NCBI GenBank assembly: GCA_046350815.1
Contig: JAXLZO010000001.1
Span: forward strand, 480,001 to 512,000
Reading direction: 5' to 3'
Source of the DNA: Candidatus Saccharimonadota bacterium
GTDB lineage: Bacteria; Patescibacteriota; Gracilibacteria; BD1-5; UBA2023
Length of the DNA stretch: 32,000 nt
The position numbers and the translations under genes were made by a program. The notes beneath the pieces are model-generated. The model had not been told where the DNA came from. It saw only the letters and a list, made by a program, of their open reading frames with translations, and ran no database searches. Within the stretch, counting starts at the first letter, position 1. The number at the start of each line of letters is the position of its first letter. Positions 19,855 to 30,051 of the stretch are shown here, piece after piece.

Positions 19855-20852
19855 GATATACTTAAGAGAAATTCATCGAGCTTTTTGAGTGATATTTCGA
19901 TGGAAGTTTGTAGTACGGTAATTCGTTTTTTTGCAAGATCAATGTTTTGTGTGAGAGGGTTATGTGAGAACTGCTCAATATTTAGGATAGCATCTTGATT
20001 CATGAGGGCACTTTTTTGGTTTTCTAGAAATTGATATATCTTTCGTATTGGGCGGCTTGTTTCCTTTTTGAGATAGGAAATATACTTTGATGTATCAATG
20101 ACATCACCTTGTTGCATGTGTTTTTCTATGACTTCTAGTTTTTCAAGTTGATGTATTATACGAGTGAATTCTTTTGCAAGATGATTGAAGTTTCTTTCAA
20201 ATTGTGAAAAATCTTCCTTTTTAGAGCTTGTTGTAAATTGAATTACAATGTTTTCACTACTTGTTTCGAGTATATGAAGAGATTTTTCAATACTAAGACC
20301 AAGACGAACCAATCATTGGAAGGTTGATTGAAAGGGGTTATGAATGATAAAGTTTTTTCTCCCAAAGAAGAGAATGAATCCAAATACGGTAAGACCAAAT
20401 AAGTAAGGAATCCAATCTTCTTTTTTTATTTCAAGGAGCAGATATAATCCAACATAAATAATCCCAGCAAAAATCCCGAACCCCATGTCCAACTCTTCTT
20501 TGTTTGGGAGAGATAACCCAAAATCAAATGATTTGGTATATACTATTATATCCTCATAACTCACTATCTTTCACCGAAGGAGAATTCCATATGGGGTATG
20601 AAATAAAGTGTGAATAGAGAGAAAAGCTATCAGTTTCCAAATCACTCAGATGATACATACAACTCATATCCATGGGAGCACTATGCCTCCTTGGAAAAAT
20701 ATAAAAACTATGGTAATAGCAGCAAAAATAACAACCCTTGGAAAGAGGTAGAGAAAAAATATTCACCATCTCAGTCAAGATTTCACCACAAAACCCCTCT
20801 CGTAGAGTGCTTGATTTTCTTCTGATGTGAGCGTGAGAAAGTCGTATTTCAT
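19851..20852 (-). CDS. Hypothetical membrane protein: N-terminal TM helices plus a C-terminal helical soluble part.
   Basis: Manual translation joins track ORFs 19851-20312 and 20313-20564 and extends the gene to ATG 20852, which lies 4 nt after the tlyA stop. No TAA or TAG occurs in frame. Confidence 0.6.
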
Positions 20853-20856
20853 GTTG

Positions 20857-21594
20857 CTATAGTGTCATCCAGACAAGATATTCTTCATTGCCTGCTTCAC
20901 CTGCAAGAGTTGATTGGCTCATTTTTTTGAGTCTGATTCAGAATTTTTCCTTCCAAAACAATACTTCACTATCAAGCATTTTCTGAGTATCGATACTTCG
21001 ATGAACGACTCAACCTTTAGTGAGTTCTTTTGAGCTCACTTCAAATTGTGGTTTATAGAGCAAGATCATATCTCACTTCTCGCTTAAGAGTGGTATGATA
21101 GATGGGAGAATGTCACGCAGTGGACACCAGGAAATATCCCCCACAATAAGATCAAATTTTTGAAATCATGCATACTTCTGGGATTCTTCTGCATAGTCTC
21201 GAATATCCGTCTGTTCATGGGATTCAATTCTTGGGTCTCATAGTAGTTTCTTATGGAGTTGATTTGTGCCGATCTCCACTGCCACAACTTTCTGAGCTCA
21301 TCGCGAGAGCAGTACTTGAGTGAATCCACCAGTAGAGGATCCAACATCCAGACATTGCAAAGATTCAATTTGAATCTTATTTGCTTCGAGAAAGTCATCG
21401 AGCTTCACAGCACTGCGAGATACCCAATCAATCTTTCGATCTTCAATAATTTCTACGCAATCATTCTCGCCTATCTGATAACTTGCCTTTGTGATGATTT
21501 TTTTGTTTACCAATACAAGCCCTGAATCAATCCAGAATTGAGCTCGATTGCGAGTGGTTTGATAATTAGCTACGATAAAAAGATCTAGTCTCAT
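20857..21594 (-). CDS. tlyA: TlyA-family rRNA 2'-O-methyltransferase (S4 domain plus FtsJ fold).
   Basis: Track ORF 21298-21594 continues through TGA to TAG 20857-20859. Motifs seen: LDVGSSTGGFTQVLLSR(TGA=G)AQKVVAVEIGTNQL, DISWCPL, LLYKPQFEV, GEAGNEEYLVW. Confidence 0.85.
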
Positions 21595-21599
21595 AACAA

Positions 21600-22517
21600 C
21601 TATATTTTTGTCAGATAGCGAGATGAAAGATTATCACCTCATGCTTGTATTTTTGCCATGCGATTTTTGAGTTGCTTGGTTAGATCTCATACGTTTCATG
21701 TACCTATAGATCTTCCGTCGATCTCTACAATTGGTGCAAAGAAAGCGGATGTACCGCATGCAAATGTTTCATCAGCAATATAGAGTTCAGTCATGTCCAC
21801 TGTTCTTTCTTCTACCTTGATATCTTCCTCTCGAGCGATCTCAAGGATTGTTTTTCTATTGATTCCTTCCAAGATATCGCTGGAAATATTTGGAGTAATG
21901 AGTGTATTGTTACGTACAAGGAAAATATTGGCTGCTGATAGCTCGCAAACATGACCATCAAGATCAAGGAAGAGAGCGTCATCGTATCCACTATCGATTG
22001 CATCTTGTTTTGCAAGAACACTGTTTACGTAAGCACCATTTACTTTTGCGCGTGATGGAATACAAAAATCAGGATTTCGTCTCCATGGGGATGTCTTGAG
22101 TCGTACCCCATCTTGCGGGAGTATAGATTTTGCTTCGTAGAGAAATACAGAGAGTGACGTATGAAGTCATTTGCTTCGTGTTCCTGGCACAAGCTCGTCA
22201 ACATGAATGGTTACCCGAGCAAACACAGTTTCCTTTGGTTGATTTACATAAACCAACTCTTGGATAACTTTGCGAAATTTCTCAATATCGCAACATTCTT
22301 CAGGAAGGGTAATGCCGATGAGTTTCGCTGAATTTTGGAGCCTCTCAAGATGTTCTTGTAGACGAAATACTGAGTAGTTATCTCCATTTTTCAAAATAGG
22401 GAACACTGTATAGACAGAGAGTCCATAGAGCACAGCAGATGATGCTATATGAAGAGATGCTTGATTGGAATCAACAATAGCCTTATTGAACCAAATCTTT
22501 GGGAGAATATGAGTCAT
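21600..22517 (-). CDS. ilvE: Class IV aminotransferase (branched-chain amino-acid aminotransferase-like).
   Basis: Track ORF 22167-22568 continues through TGA to TAG 21600-21602. Motifs seen: KIWFNKAIVD, VFRLQEHLERLQNSAK, NGAYVNSVLAKQDA, ELSAANIFLV, ILEGINRKT, ADETFACGTSA..APIVEIDGR. The start is ATG 22517, with TTG 22568 as an alternative. Confidence 0.75.
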
Positions 22518-22605
22518 AATTGGAATTTTCTTTGAAATCTTATTGTATTCGATTCTCTCAGAAGACAAGAAAACCTACTGATGAGAGTAAGTTTTCTGTG
22601 TAGAT

Positions 22606-23442
22606 TTAGAGGGAAATAACGTAACTTTTCCAGTCATCTTTTGTCGTTACTTGACCTTCTTCCAGTTTTCTTGGTTCATACCAAATTTTTATTTGTTTAT
22701 CTCAAACAATTTCAAATTGTTTATATTCTACATTTTTCTCTATTGGTAGCTGCTCAAGTAGAATATGACGAATGTTTTTATTTGCAGAATAGAGATCAAG
22801 ATAGGGACCCTCGTCACCCCGCTCATTCCAGCCAAGTATGTACCATATATTATTCTGATAGATAATTTGTTGTGTGCTACCCACACTTCATGTGTAGGTA
22901 AGCATATCGCCTGTATTTTCATCAAAGATCCACCCATCAGATCATCCCTCATACATTAGATGACTAAGAATCGTAATTCCACTGGCTGTATATTCGCTAT
23001 TATCAAGGAGTAAAAAATACTTCTGTGCATAGATTCGTCCGAATTGCTTTTTTTGTTCTGGTGTAAATTTCTCTGGCTCTATTTCATTAGATTGCAATAT
23101 ATTTGTTATTTCTTGCTCAATAGATTGATACTCGAGAAAATCAGTATCATTTATTATGTTACTTCGTGAAGCAATCTTTTGGTTCCGAAAAAATACCGTT
23201 GTATTTTCTTCATCCTGAACAACACGAATGCTTGGTGAGAGATCTTTCTCAAAGAGTATCTTTGATGTAGTAGTACCCATTAATCCGCTTTGTACAGCAA
23301 GAGTTCCGCTTCCGCCAGCGGTTTGTCCTGTTGAGACTGCGACGGTCGATTTTGGTAGTACGACAGTACTTGTAGTGGTATTGCTTCATGAATAGGAACA
23401 ACCCACCAGAAACAACGGAAGAACGAAGAGAATTTTTTTCAT
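22606..23442 (-). CDS. Lipoprotein of unknown function.
   Basis: Manual join of track ORFs 22702-22884 and 22942-23280, extended to ATG 23442. The signal/lipobox reads MKKILFVLPLFLVGC. The stop is TAA 22606-22608. Confidence 0.65.
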
Positions 23443-23451
23443 GGTGAAAAA

Positions 23452-23484
23452 CAAAAAAATGAAAGCCGCTGGATTGTAGCGACT
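23452..23484 (-). terminator. Intrinsic terminator after aspS.
   Basis: On the minus strand, GUCGCU-ACAAUCC-AGCGGC forms 6 bp with one G-U (plus-strand 23465-23483). It is followed by UUUCAUUUUUUU (plus-strand A-run 23452-23464). Confidence 0.55.
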
Positions 23485-23524
23485 TTTCTATTCGTGGCAA
23501 GTGTGGTCGATATTTCTTCATAAA

Positions 23525-25303
23525 CTACTCACTCCGTATCTCAATATAGAGTTCTTCAAGCTGCTTTTCATCTACCAAGCTCGGTGCACGCATCATAGCA
23601 TCTTCTGCTTTTCCACTCTTTGGGAACGCATAGATTTCGCGAATATTGGTCTCATCCGAGAGAATCATGAGTACTCGATCGAACCCGAATGCAAATCCAC
23701 CATGTGGAGGTACTCCGTACCCGAATGCTTCGTACATAGCTCCGAATTTTTCTTTTACCTCTGCTTCGCCTTTTCCAACGATTTCAAATGCTTTTACAAG
23801 TGCATTCAGATCATGGTTACGAATCGATCCAGAGAGAATCTCATATCCATTGAGTGCGAGATCATATTGACATCCGTAGATGGAGAGTGGATCCACTCCA
23901 GGAGCAAAGGCATCAACCCCACCATGAGGCATAGAGAATGGATTGTGTTCGAAATCATACGATCCATCATCTTTCTTCTCATACATAGGGAAGTCAGTCA
24001 CCCATACGAATACAAGACTGTCTTTGTCAGCGAGTGAGAGCATATCGCGCAGTGCAAGTCGAACTCCACCAAGAGCCTTATTCACGCTTTCACGAGTATC
24101 AGCCCCGAAGAAGATCATATCACCTACCTCTGCTCTGAGTTTTTCTGTAAGGGCAGTAATTTCTGTCTCAGAGAGAAACTTGAGTATAGGACTCTTGGGT
24201 CCATCAGCTTCATAGGTAACATAGGCGAGACCCTTTGCTCCATTTGCACGAGCAACATCAGTGATGCTATCAATTTGTGATCGACTCAGAGTTTTCCCAG
24301 GAAGCTTAAATGCCTTCACAACGCCACCAAAATCGAGTGCTCACTTGAACACGGAGAATGCTGAATCCTGAAAAATACTCGATACATCTTCGAAGTGAAG
24401 ATCAAATCGAAGATCTGGCTTGTCTGATCCATAGAGATCCTTTGCTTGAGTATGTGTGAGCCGGATGAATTGACCACTTTCTTCAAGTCGTGCAATGGTT
24501 TTTTGTGGTGCACTATGATGGGAGAGTTTCTTGATGAAGTCTTCTGCAACAGCGAAAATATCTTCTTGATCGACAAAGCTCATTTCACAATCTATCTGGT
24601 AGAACTCACATGAGTGCCGATCTGCACGAGGATCTTCATCACGAAAACATGGTGCAATCTGGAAATACTTATCCACTCCAGCTACCATGAGAAGTTGTTT
24701 GTACTGTTGCGGTGCTTGTGGGAGTGCATAGAACTTACCTGGATGCAAGCGGGATGGGATGAGATAGTCACGAGCCCCCTCGGGAGAAGACGATGTGAAT
24801 ATCGGAGTTTGTACTTCGAGAAATCATCGATCTGAAAAATACTCACGAGTAAACCGATTCATCTTTGCTCTCAGCTCAATCTTAGCTCGCATTGCAGGGC
24901 GTCTGAGATCGAGGTATCGATATTTGAATCGAACATCCTCAGAAGTATTGGTCTTGTCAGATATCTCAAACGGAGGGGTATTTGCCTTGGTGAGAATCTT
25001 GGCTTCGCTAATGAGCACTTCGATCTCCCCTGTTGCGATCTTTGCATTCGTTTGACCTTCAGGACGTGATCGCACGATCCCAGTAAAATTCACTACGTAT
25101 TCACCACGAGCAGAATCAGCAATAGTATATGCATCAGGATGAGATATTGGATCAAATACGGTCTGAGTGATACCATAGCGATCACGAAGATCGATAAATA
25201 TGACACCACCATGGTCTCGACGAGTATCTACCCAACCAGAGAGAGTAATAGTTTGCCCAATATGAGTTGCAGTGAGTTCACCACATGTATGAGTTCGAAG
25301 CAT
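23525..25303 (-). CDS. aspS: Aspartyl-tRNA synthetase (bacterial type, 592 aa).
   Basis: Track ORFs 23525-24319, 24341-24748 and 24824-25303 share one frame and are separated by two TGA. FSDR(TGA)FLEVQTP aligns with E. coli MDDHGFLDIETP. Class II motifs seen: [36 protein letters not shown]. Confidence 0.95.
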
Positions 25304-25332
25304 AAGAGGAAAGATTAAATATTTTTTATTTT

Positions 25333-25848
25333 TTAAGGATTTATACGTATCAGATAGTTTCGCTTGCGCTCACCACCATATTCCACATGTTTGGTGAAAA
25401 TACCACCATTTTTCTCGATAACTTTTGTGGAGGCAATGTTATCAGCGAAGCATGTGAGAAGAAGTTTATCAAGTCCGATTTTCTTGGCTTCTGCGATGCC
25501 AAGTCTGAAGGCTTCCGTAGCATATCATTTACCACGCTCAGATGGGCGTATAGCGTACTCGATATTGCCACCAACTTTTTGAAGTTCATCAAGACTCACT
25601 TTGTGCCGAAGATAGAGTCCTCAGAGGATACGATTATCCTGCATAATGAAGAAGAGTGTCGATGGAGGAGTCCATTTTGAAACGATGGTACGATTCGTCT
25701 CGGTAATATTGAAGAATGAGTCAAAATCATCTCCAGCAAAGAGTGCTCTTGGTGAAACATTGTTAATATCTTCCAGAAGCGACCATTCTGCAATGAGCTC
25801 TTCCCATTGATCTTTATGTGAGTAATTCGGTATAATGAGTTCTAACAT
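25333..25848 (-). CDS. GNAT-family acetyltransferase, paralogue A of a tandem trio.
   Basis: Manual translation from ATG 25848 to TAA 25333-25335 with TGA read as Gly. It gives MLELIIPNYSHKDQWEELIAEW...GGNIEYAIRPSERGKGYATEAFRLGIAEAKKIGLDKLLLTCFADNIAS.KVIEKNGG. Confidence 0.75.
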
Positions 25849-25859
25849 AAGATTGAGCG

Positions 25860-26369
25860 TTAAAGTAAATTGATCCAATATCTTCGTGATTTTACTCAGT
25901 CTCTTTGCATATATCATTCAAACTTTCATCCATTTTCCTCGATCACTTTTACAGAAGCAATATTGTCATGATCACATGTAATGAGTATGCGGTCGATTCA
26001 TAGATTCTTCGCTTCTTTGAGGGCGAGTCAGAGCATTTGTGTTGCATAGCCTTTTCGTCTCGCAGATGGTCGGATACCATACCCAATATGTCCTCATGTC
26101 TCAATCAATTTTGGATGATTGATATGATAACGAATCTGGATAGCTCAGAGGATATTAGGTCCTGTATCGTCAACAAGAAAGAAAAGAGTAGAGTTGATCC
26201 CTCATTCATTGTCTGTGAGATCCTTGGTGACAATACGAAGAAAATCTTCGTATGTTTCTCACATAAAGAGTTTTCAGGGAGAAGTGGGTATTTCATGATC
26301 TCTCCATTCTCGTATCATCTCGATGCATTGATTCTTATGAGATTCATTGGGGAATTCCAGTTTGAGCAT
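25860..26369 (-). CDS. GNAT-family acetyltransferase, paralogue B.
   Basis: This gene is invisible in the standard-code track because of about 12 TGA. Manual translation runs from ATG 26369 to TAA 25860-25862. It gives MLKLEFPNESHKNQCIEMIREW...GGHIGYGIRPSARRKGYATQMLGLALKEAKNLGIDRILITCDHDNIAS.KVIEENGG. Confidence 0.75.
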
Positions 26370-26379
26370 ATTTTGTGAG

Positions 26380-26892
26380 TTAGACTGTAATCCAATATCT
26401 TCTTACCTTTTTCCTATTAAAATCAGCATGTCTCTCAAATGTTCATCCATTTGCTTCGATAGTACGGTAGGATCATACATTTTCATCAAGGCAGGTAAGC
26501 AATATTTTTTCTATTTCTAGGTTTTTTGCCTCTTGTTTTCCCAATCTCAGTGCTTCCGTTGCATAACCTTTTTTCCTTTCGGATGGGCGGATGCCATACC
26601 CGATGTGCCCACCTATTTCTCTCAAGAAATCATTTTCTATATTATGACGGATATCGAGAGCGCCGAGTATGCGATCTCGAGTCGAGTCTATGATAAAAAA
26701 GAGAGATGCTGGAACTCTGCCCTCTGGTGGATTATCACGAGCATCTCTTGTGATTTGGAGGAATTCTTCATAATTCGCACCTGCGAAGAGATTGTCAGGA
26801 TCAGTAGGGATGATTTCATGTTGCCCCCATTCCTTAATCATCTCAATATATCGATCTTTGTGGGATTCGTTCGGAAATTTAAGTTTGAGCAT
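26380..26892 (-). CDS. GNAT-family acetyltransferase, paralogue C.
   Basis: This is the internal part of track ORF 26473-27063, running from ATG 26892 through TGA to TAA 26380-26382. It gives MLKLKFPNESHKDRYIEMIKEW...GGHIGYGIRPSERKKGYATEALRLGKQEAKNLEIEKILLTC. Confidence 0.75.
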
Positions 26893-26917
26893 AATAACGA
26901 GATTAGTCTTAATATTT

Positions 26918-27262
26918 TTAATATCCTCGATCCTTGTTTTTCTGCACTTTTCGCTGGAGTGCCTCATCGAGACTCGTAACTCCAGTGGATTTGAGTAACA
27001 GAAGAAGGGTGATGAGTACATCGCTTGCTTCATTTTCAAGATCCTCGATACAAAACGCATCAACTTTCCTTTGAGAAAACGAGCATTTTGTGAATTTTCT
27101 CACTTCTGCCGCGAGCTCACCGACTTCTTCCGTGAGACACGAGAGTGCCGAGAGGGTATGCTCTGTCTGAGAGAGCGATTTCTTGATCGTGAGTTCAGGG
27201 GTTTTATCATGAATATGATCAATATATTGCATGAGCTCGTTCCACACGGTTTCTGAGATCAT
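26918..27262 (-). CDS. MazG-like nucleoside-triphosphate pyrophosphohydrolase (single-domain, 114 aa).
   Basis: Track ORF 26918-27271; ATG 27262 is preferred as the start. Motifs seen: LTEEVGELAAEVRK (the EExGE motif) and LENEASDVLITLLLL...LDEAL..K..KN..R. Confidence 0.7.
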   Translation of the reverse strand: MISETVWNELMQYIDHIHDKTPELTIKKSLSQTEHTLSALSCLTEEVGELAAEVRKFTKCSFSQRKVDAFCIEDLENEASDVLITLLLLLKSTGVTSLDEALQRKVQKNKDRGY

Positions 27263-27440
27263 AAAAAGCACACAAAAGAAATAAAAACTTTCATGTGCTT
27301 CGGTTCGATAGTGTGTCGAAAGGTGCCACCGAGGCTGTACTTGATTGATATTCTATGACGGGAATCTCCCGGAAGGTTCTACTCGGCAATACCTTTCTTC
27401 CTTCAGCTCGCGGGTGTTGGCCGCTCAGATGCTTTTATTA
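27263..27440 (-). promoter_or_regulatory. T-box-like riboswitch leader with competing antiterminator and terminator (or sequestrator) helices.
   Basis: Read on the minus strand: helix A1 GCCUCGG (plus-strand 27329-27335), then the bulge UGGCACC(U), which matches the T-box core GGUGGNACC. Helix A2 is UUCGA-CACACUA-UCGAA (27304-27320), and the A1 3' strand is CCGAAGC (27297-27303). A competing 13-bp hairpin AAGCACAUGAAAG / CUUUUGUGUGCUU (27266-27300) shares AAGC with A1. It is followed by UUU and the ATG of the MazG-like gene. The region is clearly more GC-rich than the surrounding intergenic DNA. I could not define Stem I or the specifier by eye. Confidence 0.6.
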
Positions 27441-27446
27441 CTAAGA

Positions 27447-27474
27447 AGTTTAGGAACCTGCACAAGAAAGTCAA
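27447..27474 (-). promoter_or_regulatory. Sigma70-like promoter for the T-box leader.
   Basis: On the minus strand: TTGACT (plus-strand 27469-27474), 16-nt spacer, TAAACT (27447-27452). Confidence 0.4.
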
Positions 27475-27511
27475 GAAAATCATTATAGTATAAATATATA
27501 AAATTAAATGT

Positions 27512-27538
27512 TTGACAACATTGAATTGTTTTTATAAT
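27512..27538 (+). promoter_or_regulatory. Possible divergent promoter for the 553-aa hypothetical gene.
   Basis: TTGACA (27512-27517) and TATAAT (27533-27538), but the spacer is only 15 nt. Confidence 0.3.
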
Positions 27539-27561
27539 GACAAAATATATATTTATGCACT

Positions 27562-29223
27562 ATGTTAGATAAAAGTAAATTATCAGATGCAAGAGAAGAA
27601 TTACCATACGATAATTTTGCTAAGAATTTCAACTTCTATGATCATCTTCTTACCTCCATTGAGACAAGCTATTTGTGGAGAGGATTTGCTGATGAAGCCT
27701 TTAAACATTATGTTTGTACACGAGATGAAATTTTGCGACTTGATCTTGTTGATGATGTGGCAAATGGACGGATCATATCAATGCCCGTAAAGAATGTGGT
27801 CACGAAAAAACAGACAGATGTTGCAGAAATACTGCGTCGTGACATTATTGGGCAGGAAAAAGGTGAGGATATGACTGATTGAGTTGAGTTCCTCAGAGGA
27901 CTCCTCCTTGCTCGATCGATACTCATACCTGAGGGTATTTATTTTAAGATCCAAAGATTTTTTCATCACGTACATCCGGATTATCATAGTCAACGATTTG
28001 ATCTTACTTTGAGTCAATGATTCGCAGGTTTAGAGAAAAAATTTGCACATATACTCAAATCGCACCATAATTTTATCACAGTTCCTCAAGATGAAGATCA
28101 GTGATTTGAGTATGAAAATAGATCTCTCCTGCAATATATTCAAAGTTCACTTGAGGAAATCTGATCTTATCACGGTAATATCACAGAGCTTTCTTCTCGG
28201 CAGCGTTATGCTTTTCTCGTGCTGAAACGTATTTGTCGTGAATTTATCTACGCGTCTCAGGCACAACTTGAACTTCATAAGAAGATTGCAGATTGGGTCA
28301 AGCAGAAAAAAAAGCAAGGAAAGTCAGAAAAATCAGATACTACCTTTACTCGTCTTTCACAGGAAAAATCTAATTTCAATGACACGAGAGAAGACAAGGC
28401 TCTCGAATACATTTACCAGTGTTTTGTTCGTATTGATAATATACGCACAAAGAATTATGAGAGAAGGACTACACTCTGAAAAATCATTGTCAGAAAAAAT
28501 GACTCTACGGAAGAGTTGCAAATCATGAAAGAGCGATTAAATATTATTCAGTCTCAATATCCAGATCTTGAGGAAACTTGTCGGTATATCTCTGAAAAAA
28601 TAGAAGAAATTGCTGGTATCAAATCTCTATGAATAGAAAGAAAATCTCGTGAGTTGGTGGAGTCCATTCTTCAATGAGATGATTTGTTGCAAGATGCGAA
28701 TTCCTGAAATAATGAAACGTACGAAGAGAGTATTATCACTCGAAAGACGATTCGCTCTATTGATAGATATATTCAATATTTGGGTACTGTTTGATCTTCA
28801 ACCAATGATACAAAATCAAATAGTGTCTGAGATGGGCTCACTTTCAATCAGACAATTCTTCCATTTTTGCGTTATATGATCAATGGTATACGCTCAGGAA
28901 AATTTTCTTCAACATCGTTGAATATTTCACAGATATTTGTTGCTTTCAAGGAAGATTTTGCTCATTCATGATCAAAGAATGGATCAAGATTACTCGAAGT
29001 ATACAAAGAGTTCTTTATGGAACAGAACGTTCAAGGTAATATTGTTACAATTTTACCCCGGATGACATTTGTACTCGATAATATTGGTGATTTTATTGGA
29101 TGATCTGCACATGGAAATCGTCAGGGTTGTGCTGTTATTACTCGTCGGAGTCGAGAATTCTTCGCAGGACCAGAGTGGAAAAAAATAGTAAGAGAGTTTC
29201 CAAAAGATTCTATTCAAAACTAA
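27562..29223 (+). CDS. Hypothetical protein of 553 aa with no domain I recognise.
   Basis: One frame joins track ORFs 27562-27882 and 28219-28479 through many TGA, ending at TAA 29221-29223. The sequence is charged and looks predominantly helical. Confidence 0.65.
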
Positions 29224-29422
29224 TTGTTGCTTCCTGTTGATTTCATAAAGCTAGATTAATACTACTTTTATCAAAAATTAACAACAAGAATAGAAAGATT
29301 GAAAGCAGAAAACATACTTATAAGTGATAGTATTATCTTTTGACAGAGTCAGATTTTGATTACAATCATATCTTTATATTCGCTTGAGATGAAAAATCTT
29401 TGTTGTCTGCTAGTTTTCATAT

Positions 29423-29968
29423 ATGAGAGATAATTTTCTGTTTTTGAAGCATGCTTTGCGAGAAATAAAAACTATATGATCTGTTACGGAGAGCTCCAAA
29501 TATCTTGTTTGCAAAATGCTTGCTCCAGTGCATTTTCAGGATGCGCATCTTATTGTTGAATTGGGTGCTGGGAATGGATGCATCACACAAGCACTTCTCA
29601 GTAAATGAGAAAGTGATAGCAGAATTGTTTCTTTTGAATTGCACCCAGTTTTCTTCAATAAGATCAAACATCTATCAAATGAACGATGCACTATCATTAA
29701 TGATAATGCAAGCAACATTCTGAATTTCGTAGATTTTCAATCAGCGGATGCAGTTGTATCATGACTTCCTTTGGCGAATATAAGTGCGGAAGATAAACAT
29801 CTTATAATGGCAGGAGTTAAAAACTCGATGAAAGAAGATGGATTATTCATTCAGTTTCAATATTCACTCTACGATTATAAATTTCTTAAAAAGCATTTTA
29901 AACATGTTAGAATCCACTTCTGCCTCCTTAATCTTCCGCCCGCATTCATTTATGTATGTAAAAAATAA
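29423..29968 (+). CDS. Class I SAM-dependent methyltransferase (small; phospholipid N-methyltransferase / rRNA adenine methyltransferase-like).
   Basis: The gene runs from ATG 29423 through TGA codons into track ORF 29771-29968. Motif I reads IVELGAGNGCITQALL. Also seen: ...DAVVSGLPLANI... and ...GLFIQFQYS. Confidence 0.7.
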
Positions 29969-29996
29969 CAGAAAGAGTTCTTTCTGTTATTTTTTA
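29967..29996 (+). terminator. Intrinsic terminator.
   Basis: aacagaaag (29967-29975) / ctttctgtt (29980-29988) with loop agtt, followed by a T-run. Confidence 0.75.
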
Positions 29997-30051
29997 TGAT
30001 AGAATGGCTCTAAGATTTGACCTCCTATGGTAGCTCGAAATGTTGATTAAA

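Noticed and set aside
23501-24037. A 178-aa plus-strand ORF, plus other plus-strand ORFs between 23646 and 25055.
   Set aside because: They are antisense shadows of aspS, and their translations are Ser/Phe/Cys-rich with no protein-like features.
27297-27340. Plus-strand resemblance to the 5' part of tmRNA (GGUUCGAUAG... / AGGUGCCACCGAGG versus E. coli GGAUUCGACG... / AGGUGCAUGCCGAGG).
   Set aside because: There is no G-rich acceptor 5' strand. No T-arm or CCA-terminal 3' domain occurs within 400 nt; the downstream sequence is an AT-rich promoter followed by a protein gene. No plausible tag reading frame ends in an Ala-rich C-terminus.
27355-27395. CCC-GGAA-GG on the plus strand looked like the SRP RNA domain IV GNRA tetraloop.
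   Set aside because: The flanking strands do not match the conserved AGGUCAGGUCC / GGAAGCAGC symmetric-loop sequences, and no long closing helix forms.
27293-27490. A 65-codon plus-strand ORF (MCFGSIVCRKVPPRLY...) in the GC-rich intergenic region.
   Set aside because: The same bases form the T-box-like antiterminator/terminator on the opposite strand. The peptide is Arg-rich with an odd composition and has no RBS.
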